Shown here: positions 32,566 to 43,180 of the stretch, piece by piece | Layout of the letters: every line of letters starts with the position of its first letter | Numbering within the stretch: the first letter of the stretch is position 1 | Origin: an uncultured Candidatus Rokubacteria bacterium | GTDB lineage: Bacteria > Methylomirabilota > Methylomirabilia > Rokubacteriales > CSP1-6 | Reading direction: 5' to 3' | Assembly (NCBI GenBank): GCA_963758635.1 | Contig: CAVWWD010000008.1 | Span: 928,001-992,000, forward strand | DNA: 64,000 bases | Position numbers and translations under genes: made by a program | Notes under the pieces: model-generated | Told to the model about the DNA's origin: nothing | Seen by the model: the letters and a program-made list of their open reading frames with translations, nothing else | Database searches by the model: none

Positions 32566-33216
32566 TCAGCACCCGTGCACGCTCTTGAGCTTCGCCTGGG
32601 TGAGCGGGCCGCAGACCCGTCCACGCCGAGCGCGTGGTCGCACTGGAACTCCTCGACGGCGAGACGGAAGAGCGGGCTGTCCTTGCCGTCGGCGGGCGCG
32701 GGGAAGTAGCCGAGGTTCGTCGAGCCGGGCCTGCTGGCCGGTGACCTCTTCCACCGGATCGAGATGGCCGATCCTGATCGCCACCACCAGCTTGTCGAGC
32801 GCGGTCTCGGGCGTCGTGAGCACGAGGCGCCCCTGGCCGGCCGCGGCCGGGATGTCCTGCTCGATCTTCCCCTTGCCGTCGGTGGTGTGCTTGAAGATCT
32901 GGCCGTCGATCGTGAGCTCGCACGGCGCGTTCCCGATGGGCCGCTCGTACTGGTCCTCGACGACGATCCGCAGCTTGAGGTTGGGCACCTTGACCTGGAA
33001 CCGGTGCCGCTGGTCGGTGGGCCGCGACTCCTCCTTCGGCTCGCGGTCGGGCACGAAGACGTCGTCGCCGGGGTGGAGGACGTTCGGGTTCTTCCGCTTC
33101 GCCTTCAGCGCGGCGTTCTGGCCGTGGTCCCAGATCGTGCGGTAGTCCTTGAAGCCGTACTTCTCGGCGATCTGGCTGAGGTGCTCGCCCTGGACGACGA
33201 TGTGGTGGCTCGCCAT
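32566..33216 (-). CDS. LysM plus peptidoglycan-binding domain protein
   Basis: HIVVQGEHLSQIAEKYG..NPNVLHPGD; C-terminal QARL..NLGY..VEEFQ..G(V)CGPLT across local frameshifts. Confidence 0.75.
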   Translation of the reverse strand: MASHHIVVQGEHLSQIAEKYGFKDYRTIWDHGQNAALKAKRKNPNVLHPGDDVFVPDREPKEESRPTDQRHRFQVKVPNLKLRIVVEDQYERPIGNAPCELTIDGQIFKHTTDGKGKIEQDIPAAAGQGRLVLTTPETALDKLVVAIRIGHLDPVEEVTGQQARLDEPRLLPRARRRQGQPALPSRRRGVPVRPRARRGRVCGPLTQAKLKSVHGC

Positions 33217-33297
33217 GGTGGGTGTCCTCTCGCGGCTACCCGTCGACGGTCATGCTCAGCCCCGCGAGGACGGCGTCAAGCGGACGGGGCGGCGCGG

Positions 33298-34412
33298 CTA
33301 CCGCGCGGCGCTCGTGGCCGCGTGACGCGAGAACCGGGGCATCACCTGGGTGGCGAGCAGCTCCATGGATCGCCGCCAGAGCGCGGGCTGGTCCCAGTCG
33401 TGGCCCGCCCATGAGGAGCGTGCCGAAGTGGCCGACCTCGTCGCGCAGGGCCACGAGCTGGTCGAGCACGCGCCCGGGGCTGCCCGCGATCACGAGGCCG
33501 CGCTTGACGTCGTCCACCGTGACGTCCTCGTCGGGCACCTCGAGGTCCGGCTTGAGCATGAAGAGCGCCTTGCGGCCGCGCGAGAAGCTGTAGTGGAAGA
33601 ACGTGTAGTAGAACGACAGCCCGTTGCCGGGATCGGCCAGGTAGTCCTCGGCCTCGGCGTCGGTCGGGGTCACGAGGATGCTGCGCGAGACGCGCCACAC
33701 CGAAGGATCGGGCCGCCGGCCCACCGCCTCGCACCCCTCGACGTAGCGCTCCCAGTGCCCGCGCAGGTACCGCCGGTGGAAGAACTGCCCGGAGATGGGG
33801 ATCCATCCGCGCTCGCCCGCGGTGCGCGCGCTCCCGGAGTTCGGGGTCAGGATCGAGAGCGCGATGGGCGGGTGCGGCCGCTGGTACGGCCGCGGCACGT
33901 ACCCCACCTTGAACTCCGGCCAGATGTTGTTCTCGAGCGAGATCTTCCAGAAGCGGCCGTCGATCTTGTACGGCGGGTCCTGGCTCCAGAGCTGGAGGAT
34001 CGCGTCGATCGACTCGACCACCATCTGGGGCCGCAGCTCGGCCTGCCCCACGTCGAACATCTCGAGGTCGGAGACCAGCCCGCCCGGCCCGATGCCCATG
34101 ATGAAGCGGCCGCGGCACAGGTGGTCGAACATGGCGGCGTGCGCGGCCACGGTGGCCGGATGCATCTGGGGCAGGTTGATGACGCCGCGAGCCGAAGCGG
34201 ATCCGCTGCGTGCGCGGCACCAGCGTGGCGAGGAAGATGAGGGGCGACGTGATGCGCTCGCTCCACGAGCTGAAGTGCTCGCCCACGAAGGCCTCGGTGA
34301 AGCCCAGGCGGTCGGCGAGCACGATCGCCTCCTGGTCCTCCTCGAGAATCGTGGCGTAGTCGCGGTCGGGGTGGTGGAACGGCATCGTGAACAGACCGAG
34401 GTCGACGCTCAT
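33298..34412 (-). CDS. LLM-class flavin-dependent oxidoreductase (frameshifts)
   Basis: FTMPFH, AFVGEH, FDHLCRGRFIMGIGPG, PRPYQRPHPPI. Confidence 0.88.
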
Positions 34413-35635
34413 CAGCTCTTGACGGGCTCGATGACGCCGGAGGCGTGGAGCGCGGCCAGCTCGTCGGCGGAGAGGCCGAGGAGCTCGCCGAGGACCCGGT
34501 CCGTGTCCTGGCCCAGGAGCGGCGCGGGCCGGTCCACGGTGGCCGGCGCGCTGCCGCCGAGCCGGATGGGCGAGATCGGCACGCGCGTCTTCCCGCGGCG
34601 CGGGTGGTCCACGTCCACCCACACGCCTCGCTCCATCAGGTGCGGGTCGTTCACGACCTCGCGCGTGGTCCGGACCGGCGCGCACGGCACGTGCGCGCGG
34701 GTCAGCTCCGCCAGCACCTCGTCCTTGGTCCGCGTCTCCGTCCACGCCGAGACGAGCGCGTCGATCTCCTCCATGCGGGCGGCCCGCGACGGCGTGCTCT
34801 GGAAGCCGGGGTCGTCCAGGAGGTCCTCGCGGCGGAGGACCCGCGCCACGCTGTGCCAGTGTCGCTCGGAGGCGGTGAAGATGGCCACGTGCCCGTCGCG
34901 GGTCGGATACACGTTGTAGGGCGCGATGGCGAGCGCGGGGTGCCGGTTGGCCGTGCGCTCGGGGATGCTCGGGTCGCCGTCCATGAACACGCCGAGCGCG
35001 CTGGCGAGGGCCACCACCGCGGCGTCGAGCATGGCCACCTCGACGAGCTGCCCCTGGCCCGTGCGCTCCCGATGGAGCAGCGCGCCCAGCACGCCGGCGA
35101 ACAGATGGACGCCGGCGAGGAAGTCGCACACGGCGGGACCAGCCTTGACGGGCGGCCGGTCGGGGTAGCCGGTGGCGTTCATGATGCCGCTCATCGCCTG
35201 GATGGTCAGGTCCATCGCGGGCAAGTCGCGATAGGGGCCGGTGGAGCCGAAGCCGTTGCCCGAGGCGAAGACCAGCCGCGGGTTCTCCTTGCGCAGCGTC
35301 TCCCAGCCGAGACCGAGCCGGTCCATCACCCCGGCCGCGAAATTCTCGACCACGGCGTCGGCCTGGCGGGCGAGGCGCAGGAACAGGTCCTTGCCGTCGG
35401 GGTGCTTGAGGTCCAGGACGACCGATTCCTTGTTCGAGTTGAGCATGACCAGGGGGTACGGCTCGACGTTCCGCTTGCGGCGCCGCACCACGTCGCCCTC
35501 GGGCGCCTCGATCTTGAGGACCCGCGCCCCCATGAAGCTCAGGAGCAGTCCGCAGTAGGGGCCGTTGTAGATCTGACCGAGATCCAGCACGAGCATGCCT
35601 TCGAGAGGCCGGCGGGGAGCGCTTGTGGTTGTCAT
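34412..35635 (-). CDS. CaiB/BaiF CoA-transferase family III
   Basis: RPLEGMLVLDL, NSNKES, GFGSTGPY, VCDFLAG, APLLGQDT. Confidence 0.9.
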   Translation of the reverse strand: MTTTSAPRRPLEGMLVLDLGQIYNGPYCGLLLSFMGARVLKIEAPEGDVVRRRKRNVEPYPLVMLNSNKESVVLDLKHPDGKDLFLRLARQADAVVENFAAGVMDRLGLGWETLRKENPRLVFASGNGFGSTGPYRDLPAMDLTIQAMSGIMNATGYPDRPPVKAGPAVCDFLAGVHLFAGVLGALLHRERTGQGQLVEVAMLDAAVVALASALGVFMDGDPSIPERTANRHPALAIAPYNVYPTRDGHVAIFTASERHWHSVARVLRREDLLDDPGFQSTPSRAARMEEIDALVSAWTETRTKDEVLAELTRAHVPCAPVRTTREVVNDPHLMERGVWVDVDHPRRGKTRVPISPIRLGGSAPATVDRPAPLLGQDTDRVLGELLGLSADELAALHASGVIEPVKS

Positions 35636-35791
35636 CGCGCTCACAGGGTAGCCGGGGCAGTGGCCCCCGCACAAGCCGCCGATCGCCGCTGACACGGCTC
35701 AGGGCAGGGCGAAGGACGGAACCGAACGCCCGGTGGCGCGTCGAAAAGCCGGTCGCCGGCCTGTGATAGCCTAGCCGCCGCGGAGGTCATC

Positions 35792-37040
35792 ATGGGCACA
35801 TATCTGATCGACAACGTTCGCGTCCTCGACGGCACCGGCCGCTCGCCGTTCGCCGGCGCGGCGCTCGTGGAAGGCAACCGCATCACCAGGGTGACCGCGG
35901 GCGGGCCGGGACCGCGTCCCGAGGGCGCGACGCGCATCGACGGCCGGGGCGCGACGCTCATGCCCGGCCTGATCGAGCCGCACGCGCACCTGAGCTTCCC
36001 GGAGCTCCTCACGCCGCAGCTCACGACGCTGCCGCCGGAGGAGCACATGCTGATCACCGTGCGCAACGCGCGCACGATGCTCGACTCGGGGTACACGAGC
36101 GCGTTCTCCGCCGCGGCGGCCAAGCCGCGGCTCGACGTGGTGCTGCGCCGGGAGATCGACGCCGGACGCGTGCCCGGGCCGCGGCTCCTCGCCAACGGCC
36201 CCGAGCTGACCGTGACGGGCGGGCTGGGCGACACGAACGTGATGCACCTCGCGCCATCACGAGACGCCCACGTTCTGCTGGATCGTCGACGGTCCGGACG
36301 AGATGCGGCGCGCCTGTCGGACCCTCGCGCGGGAAGGGGTCGACCTGCTGAAGCTGAACATCTCCGGCGACCAGGGCACGTCGCGCGCGGGCTCGGAGCG
36401 CACGGTGATGAGCGACGCGGAGGTGGCGGCGGCCATGGAGATCGCCCGCACGAGCGACCTCCGGGTCGCCGGGCACTGCCGCAGCGCGGACTCCGTGCTC
36501 GCGGCGCTCCGCCACGGCGTCGAGGTCATCTATCACGCCAACTACGCCGACGAGCGGGCCCTCGACGCGCTGGAGGCGGCGCGCGACCGCGTGTTCGTGG
36601 CGCCCGCGCTGGGCATCACGTGGGCGCTCTGCCACACCGCGAGCCCGTGGGGCATCACGCCGGAGGTGGCGCGGGCGCGCGGCCTCGAGCGCGAGCTCGA
36701 GATCTCGGTGGAGACGATGGCGCGCATGCGCAAGCGCGGCATCCGCGTCCTGCCCGGCGGCGACTACGGCTTCCCGTACACGCCGCACGGCGCCTACGCG
36801 CGGGACCTGTGGCTCTTCGTGAAGGTGCTCGGGTTCTCGCCGATGGAGACGCTGGTCGCGGCCACGCGCATGGGCGGCGAGATCATGGGCCGTCCCGGCG
36901 AGCTCGGCGTGGTCGCCGAGGGCGCGCTCGCCGACCTCCTGCTGGTGGACGGCGACCCGCTCGCCGACATCGAGGTGCTGCAGGACCACGACGCCATCCG
37001 GATGATCATGAAGGACGGCGTGCTCCACAAGTCGCCGTAG
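35792..37040 (+). CDS. Amidohydrolase (Xaa-Pro dipeptidase-like; frameshift near 36260)
   Basis: MPGLIEPHAH, PGPRL, VAGHCR, GGDYG, ADLLLVDGDPL. Confidence 0.85.
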
Positions 37041-37049
37041 CCGGCGCCT

Positions 37050-37082
37050 CCCCCTCTCCCCGGGGAGAGCGGCAGGGCGAGG
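37050..37082. repeat. REP-like element (CCCTCTCCC family)
   Basis: CCCCTCTCCCCGGGGAGAG..CAGGGCGAGG between convergent genes. Confidence 0.6.
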
Positions 37083-37102
37083 CGGCGGTCGGCGACGGGC
37101 CG

Positions 37103-37897
37103 TCAGCTCCGCGTGATGCGGCCGATGCCCGGGAGCCGGCCCAGGAAGTTGCCGGTGATGCCGCCGTCCACGACGAGGTCGTGCCCGTTGACGTAGCGCG
37201 CGTCCGGTCCGAGCAGGAACGCGATCACGTCGGCCATGTCCTCGGGCGTGGCGACCCGGCCCAGCGGTACCAGGGCGTCCCGCTCGGCGGCGACGGCCGC
37301 GTCGGCATAGACCCGCTCCGTCATGCCGGTCCGCACCATTCCCGGCGAGACCGCGTTCACGCGGATCCCGTCGCGGCCGAACTCCTGCGCCAGCACCTGC
37401 ACGAGCATGATCACCGCCGCCTTGCTGGGCCCGTAGGCGCCCAGGTTCGCGTGGGCGTTGCTCCCGGACATCGACCCCACCGCCACGATGGCGCCTCCCG
37501 CGGCCTTCAGCGCGGGGTGCGCGGCGCGGGCGAGGAGCCACGTCGCGCGGGTGTTGACGGCGAACATGCGGTCCCAGTCCTCCACAGGGTAGCTCACGAG
37601 CGGGCCCGGGCGGTTGACGCCGGCGTTGCTGACGAGCCCGTCGAGCCCGCCGAACGCCGCCACCGCCTGCTCCACGGCGCGGGCGGGGCCGTCCACCGTG
37701 GCCATGTCGGCGCGGATCGGCAGCGCCTTCCCTCCGAAGCCGGCCAGGTCGGTCACCAGGCCGTCGAGGCCGGCGGCGCCTTCCAGGTCCACCGCCGCCA
37801 CGCTGGCCGCCCGGCCGGCGGCGCGCGCGTCGCGCGCCAGCCTGAAACACGTCGCCCGTCCGATGCCGCTTGCCGCTCCTGTGACGAGTACGCGCAC
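37103..37897 (-). CDS. SDR family oxidoreductase
   Basis: TGAASGIG, SNAG, YGPSK, RVNAVSPG. Confidence 0.9.
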   Translation of the reverse strand: MRVLVTGAASGIGRATCFRLARDARAAGRAASVAAVDLEGAAGLDGLVTDLAGFGGKALPIRADMATVDGPARAVEQAVAAFGGLDGLVSNAGVNRPGPLVSYPVEDWDRMFAVNTRATWLLARAAHPALKAAGGAIVAVGSMSGSNAHANLGAYGPSKAAVIMLVQVLAQEFGRDGIRVNAVSPGMVRTGMTERVYADAAVAAERDALVPLGRVATPEDMADVIAFLLGPDARYVNGHDLVVDGGITGNFLGRLPGIGRITRS

Positions 37898-37968
37898 GTC
37901 GTGATCCTCCCGGTCTCGATGATGAGCCGCCGCCCGGTATTCTAGCGTGCCCGCACGACAAGGCCCCG

Positions 37969-38148
37969 TCAGGCCTCGTACTCCTGGCTCACCTCCAGCG
38001 TGGCCTCGCCGTCCTCGTCGATCGTGATGCTGATGAGATTGGGCCGGCAGCAGACCCGGCAGTCCTCGGTGTACGTCTGCCTCGCGCCGCCACTCGCGTC
38101 CACGAACGTCTCGTTGCGTTTCCCGCAGAAGGCGCAGCGGTAGCGCAC
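37969..38148 (-). CDS. CPXCG-motif cysteine-rich small protein (59 aa, not in ORF track)
   Basis: MRYRCAFCGKRNETFVDASGGARQTYTEDCRVCCRPNLI. Confidence 0.8.
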   Translation of the reverse strand: MRYRCAFCGKRNETFVDASGGARQTYTEDCRVCCRPNLISITIDEDGEATLEVSQEYEA

Positions 38149-38151
38149 GGG

Positions 38152-38472
38152 TCAGTAGTCGAGGCCGTACGTCCGTCGGAGGAGGGCCTGGACGGGCTCG
38201 AGGTAGCTCGCGCGGGTGATCGCCCCGCCCGTCTCGCGCTCGACCGACGCGTCGTCGGTGGAGAGGCGCGTGACGTACCAGGCGTGGAAGACGCCCGCGG
38301 TCACGGTGGGGATGTCCGGGCGGCCGACGGAGAAGCTGGGCCAGAACTCCATCGGCTGCCAGAGGATCCGGTGCCCGGCGCCGAGGACGTGCGTCGTCGC
38401 CCTGTCGGTCTCGTACCCGCGCGTCGTGGGCAAAGTCACGAGGGTGCCCAGGTCCTCTTTCAGGAACGCCTC
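38152..38472 (-). pseudogene. Probable C-terminal fragment of an unknown gene
   Basis: Protein-like ORF (GHRILWQPMEFWPSF..FHAWY) without clear RBS/start, begins right after upstream stop. Confidence 0.4.
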
Positions 38473-38475
38473 AGG

Positions 38476-39307
38476 TCACGGATGGATCACGGTCTCCGTG
38501 CGGCGGATGATGAACGCCTCGTGGCGCTCGAGGAAGTCCGTGGTGACCTCGGCGAAGGCCTCGGGGCGCTCGGTGGAGATGGCGTGGCCGGCGTCGTACA
38601 CGAAGACGAGGTGCGCGTTCGGCAGGAGCGCCTTGTAGTGGCGTCCCATCGCCGGCGGGATGACGGCATCGAGCGTGCCGAACAGCACCAGCGTCGGTGT
38701 GGGCAGCGCGGAGAGGCGCCCCTCGAGCTCGGAGTCGCGGTCCGGGCCGCGCAGCCGCGCCACGAGGGCGCGCTGGCGCGCCTGCACCTCCGGAGGTGGC
38801 AGGACGAGCGGCCCGAGGCGCTCCGGGTGCGCGTAGAGGCGGCGCGCCATCTCCTCCGGCGTGCCGGCCGGGGGCTGAGCGCCTTCCGGACGGATGGCCG
38901 CCGGCGCCTCCAGGATCAGGGCGCGCACGCGCTCGGGCTCGTGGACCGCCATCCAGAGGGCGGGCCTGGCGCCGAACGAGGTGCCCATCAGGTCGAAGGC
39001 GTCCAGGCCCAGCGCGCGCGTGGCCTGCGCCATGGTCGTGGCCAGCGCCGGGATGCTCGCGCGTGCGCGTGTTCTCCGGGGAGTGCCCGAAGCCCGGCAT
39101 CTCGAGCACGAGCACGCGGAAGCGGCGGGCCAGGAGGTCGTGGCCCGGGGTGATCCGGAGCCCACCGGCCCCGTGGAGGTGGACCACGGCGGGCCCGTCG
39201 CCCGCCTCCATGTAACGGATCCGGAACCCGTCCGCCTCGACGTGGCCCTCGCGGAACTCCGCGCCGACCGTCGTGGTGCCCTGGCCGTCCCCGTGCGTCA
39301 CGGTCAT
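38476..39307 (-). CDS. Alpha/beta hydrolase (frameshift near 39060)
   Basis: VVHLHGAGG, MPGFGHS, GTSFG, DAGH. Confidence 0.85.
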
Positions 39308-39312
39308 CTCGC

Positions 39313-40390
39313 TCAGATGTCCCGGATGCGCGGCAGGACCTTCTTGCCGAAGAGGTCCAGCGAGCGCATGAGGAGGTCCGCGTTGCCGAAGCCGGGCGGC
39401 GCCAGGGAGAGATCGAGCACGCCCGCGCCCACCTCGTCGCGGCAGCGGCGCACCTGCTCCACCAGGGTGTCCGGCGAGCCGATGAACGTCGTCGGCAGCG
39501 CGCCGGTCGTGACGGGCGGCCGCGGCACCCCGGCGATGTTCCGGGCGTCCACCTTGGCGAGGGCATCGCGCACGCCCTCGCGCATCGCGAACGGGGCGCC
39601 CTTCGGCTGCTTGTCGAGCAGCGTCGTGCGCCTCCTGGTCGGTGTCGGCCACGAGCATGTTCGCCCGGTAGATGATCTGCTCGGGCGTGGGCTCCCAGCC
39701 ATGGCGCGCGCACTCCTCGCGGTAGTACCGGGTGGCCCTCGCCACCGACTCGATCGAGCCGTAGGACACGCCGCAGCCGAGCCGGTGCCGCGCCGCGAAC
39801 TCGCAGGACTCGCGGCTGGTCCCGAGCGCGTAGGTGGGCGGATGCGGGCGCTGGAGCGGGCGCGGCCAGATCGACACCGTACGGTACTGGTAGTGCCGGC
39901 CCTGCCAGCCGAACGGCTGCGGCTCGGTCCACGCCTTGAGCACCAGCTCCATGCCCTCGTCGGTGCGCTCGCGGGCCTCCGCGGGGTTCAGGTCGTAGGT
40001 CAGGGACTCGTTCGACGTCCCGCGCAGAAGGCCCACGACCAGGCGGCCGCCCGCCATGGTGTCGACCATCGCCACCTCCTCGGCCACCCGCACCGGGTTC
40101 GACTGCGGGACGATGGGGCCGAGGAGCGCGATCGTGATCTTGTGGACGCGCGCCGCGATGTACGCGGCCGACACGATGGGCGCCGGCGTCAGGATGCGGG
40201 GCGAGTAGTGGTGCTCCGACACGCTCACCCAGTCGAAGCCGAGCGCCTCCACGTACTCGATGCGCTCGATCATCGAGCGGTACGCCTCGGCGCCGGCGTC
40301 CTGGTCGTACTCGCCCGAGGCCATCGGCCACTCGGGCGGCAGGGGACGCGGCGAGGCGTAGCGGCCCGTCTCGAAGTAGGAGACCTTCAT
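39313..40390 (-). CDS. LLM-class flavin-dependent oxidoreductase (frameshift near 39620)
   Basis: SVSEHH, NPVRVAEEVAM, WPRPLQRPHPP. Confidence 0.88.
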
Positions 40391-41547
40391 GAGTTCCTCC
40401 CGGGCGTCGCGACCTTCACGGGGACGCCTCCGGACAGGTACACGCGCGCCACACGCGGGCCGACGGTGGTGGCCACGTGGTGGAGCCCGAGGCCGTGCCT
40501 CTGCGCCACCTCGGCGACCGTGATCTCCGACTCGCCCTGGCGGCCGATGATCACGACCTCGTCGCCCACGCGGGCGTCCGGCACGGCGGTGAGGTCGATG
40601 CGCATGTGCTCGAGGTTCGGGCCCTGCACCACGGGAACGGCGTGGCCGCGGACGAGCACGCGCCCGGCGTGGAGCCAGGCCAGACCATCAGCCAGGCCCA
40701 TGGGGATGACGCCGAGGCGCATCGGTCCGGTCACCGGGAACGGGGCGCGCTCGGCGAAGCGTTCGCGCGGCGTCAGCTCCTTGAGCGCGATGACCCGGCT
40801 GGTGAGCGCGCGGAAGGCGGGTCGCAGGGGGACCGGCGTGCTCTCGCCCGGAAACGTGATGCCGTACAGCATCCGCCCGGGATCGACGGCGTTCAGGTAG
40901 GTCTGCGGGTAGCGCAGGAGGAACGGGGACGCGGCGAGCAGACGGACGGGCACTCGCACCCCACGGGCCTCCAGCTCGTCCACCACCGCGGTGAACCGGC
41001 CGAGCTGCCACTCCGCATAGGCGTCGTCGCCCACCGAGTGCGGGTGGGCGCAGATGCCGGCCAGTCGCAGGTGGGGGAGCTCGAGCATCGCGGCGATCGT
41101 CTTCACCGCCTGGTCCGCGGGGACGCCCAGCCGCTCGAGGCCGACGTCGACCTTCACGAACACGTCGAAGGGCCCCGTCGCGGCCTCGGAGTGGGCGCGC
41201 GCGCCGTCCAGGTCCACCAGGGTCGGGGTGAGGCCGTGCGCCACGACCTCGCCCGCCGACTCGGGCAGGAAGTTCGGGTACACCAGGATCGGGACGCGGA
41301 TCCCGTGCCGGCGGAGCCGGATGCCCTCGCCGAGGTCGGCCACGCCGAGCGCATCGGCCCCGTGAGCCGCGAACACCGTGCCCATCTCTACCGCGCCGAA
41401 GCCGTAGGCATCGGCCTTGATCACCGCGAAGATCTTCCGCATCGGGCCGACGAGCTGGCGCACGGCGCGGATGTTCGCAGCGGCGGCATCCAGGTCGACC
41501 TCGAGGGTGCTCGGTCGCGGCGGGCGGGCCACGGGTGCGCTGGTCAT
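40387..41547 (-). CDS. Alanine racemase homologue (fold-type III PLP enzyme) with atypical active site
   Basis: AVIKADAYG, KVDVGLERLG, GLADG, VGDEVVIIG; several catalytic positions substituted. Confidence 0.85.
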   Translation of the reverse strand: MTSAPVARPPRPSTLEVDLDAAAANIRAVRQLVGPMRKIFAVIKADAYGFGAVEMGTVFAAHGADALGVADLGEGIRLRRHGIRVPILVYPNFLPESAGEVVAHGLTPTLVDLDGARAHSEAATGPFDVFVKVDVGLERLGVPADQAVKTIAAMLELPHLRLAGICAHPHSVGDDAYAEWQLGRFTAVVDELEARGVRVPVRLLAASPFLLRYPQTYLNAVDPGRMLYGITFPGESTPVPLRPAFRALTSRVIALKELTPRERFAERAPFPVTGPMRLGVIPMGLADGLAWLHAGRVLVRGHAVPVVQGPNLEHMRIDLTAVPDARVGDEVVIIGRQGESEITVAEVAQRHGLGLHHVATTVGPRVARVYLSGGVPVKVATPGRNS

Positions 41548-41653
41548 CGGCGACTCCTCGCCGCGAGGATACCCGAAGTGCAGAACTCTGGGCTAGCGGG
41601 CCCGTGGCCGGAGGCAGGACCGCGGCGAACGATCATTCCGCCGCGCCGCCGAT

Positions 41654-42884
41654 TCAAGGCCGCGGCCCGGCTCGCGGCGCGAGCTTCCAGGCGCGCACCG
41701 ACCCGAGGTTCTTGGCCTCTACCGGCTCCATTGCGACGAAACCATCGCGCGTGCGGTCAGTAAGCCGACTGTACAGGCGGTTGCTCACGACGATCTCGTG
41801 GGTCTGCGCGACGTCGCAAAGACGAGCGGCAACGTTGATCGCGTCGCCGACGACGCCGACATGAGCGCGACTGAATGGCCGAAACTCGATCACCTGCAGA
41901 TCGCCGGTCGCCATCGCGACGTGCACGCCGGTGGATGGCTGGATCTGGTCGATCTGGCGCTGCCACTCGATCGCGACGGAGGCTCCGATGTCAATCAGCG
42001 CCGTGGCGCAGGCGAACCCACGCTCGGCATCGTCGGAAGCGGCTTCCGGGATGCCAAAGATCGCGATGACGGAGTCGCCGAGGAACTGGTAGAGCATGCC
42101 GCCGGCGTTGATGATCTGGTAGCGGGTCCTCGAGGCGAACGCGGTGAGCGAGCGGCGCACCACGTTGTCGTCGCGCGTATCGCGGACAAATCTCGTGTAG
42201 CCGGACAGGTCGGCGGTGACGACAACGACGTTGGGATACAGCCCGGGCGGGAGGATGTCGCGCGCGGTCTTCCTGCCGGCCTCCCGCAGCTGTCGCAGCC
42301 GCCAGAAGCCGAAATGCCACAGGAGCGTGGATTCGAGAGCGTCGGCACTGAAATCGTCCCCGAAGGCGTGGCGCCCCTTCGCGCGGTCGACGGCGGCCCG
42401 GAGCTCGAGGCGATCGTGCTCCTCCAGCGAGCCCAGGCTCACACCGAACCGTCGACGGACCAGCTCGTCAAGACGGCGTTCGTCCCAGACTTCGAGCGCG
42501 AGACCGGGGCGCAGGACGCTCCGTGCGCGCGCCTCGAGCCCGGGCCAGTCCTTGCGGCCATTCACATCGATGACGAGCACGACCTTCCTCGCCGCGGCAG
42601 TCGCGTCGTTCGGCTCGCCATACTTGCGCCGCAGGCTCTCGATCAGCCGCTCCGGTGTGTAGCCGTAGTCGACCTCCACGAAGTAAGGTGCGGTCCCCCT
42701 CGGCGTGACCTGGATGTCCGCGAACGCGGACGGGCCGACCGCCACTTCCTGCCGTATCACGACGTCCTCGGGGGCGATGTGCTCCGTCGCGACGTGCTCG
42801 AAGCGGCAGAGGTCGCAGCAAACGCTTTCGAGGAAGAGGCGCAGCTCCTCGCGCAAAACTGTGGCTCCCGCCGCCCGTCGCCAT
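41654..42884 (-). CDS. Class III nucleotidyl cyclase with N-terminal PD-(D/E)xK-like domain
   Basis: ADLSGYT, FLGDSV, GDAINVAARL; N-terminal FADI..FVEVDYG; probable frameshift near start. Confidence 0.78.
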
Positions 42885-43072
42885 GCTCGTCAGACCGGAG
42901 CGACTCGGATTCGGTTGCGTTGCGTGGAGGGATCCCCCGTTCTCAGCCGTCCTGCCCCCCGGCGTGGGCTGGCCACGACAGCGGCCACTTCTGGCATTCT
43001 GCCACTCCACCTACAGTCCCATTCAACTGCACCGCCCGAGCATACGATCCCCAGAAGAACAACCATCAGACT

Positions 43073-43130
43073 GCCGAACGCTCAGGCTGAGCGGCCGGCG
43101 CGGCCGGACCGCTCCAGTCTGTTGTTCGCC
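43073..43130 (-). mobile_element. Integron attC site
   Basis: Minus strand GGCGAAC-AACAG-ACTGGAGC-GGT-CCGGC-CGC-GCCGG-CC-GCTCAGC-CTGAGC-GTTCGGC. Confidence 0.82.
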
Positions 43131-43180
43131 GGACCTTCTGGCAGCCTGGCCGCATTCCCGTGCCGGAGCCTCGCGGTGGC

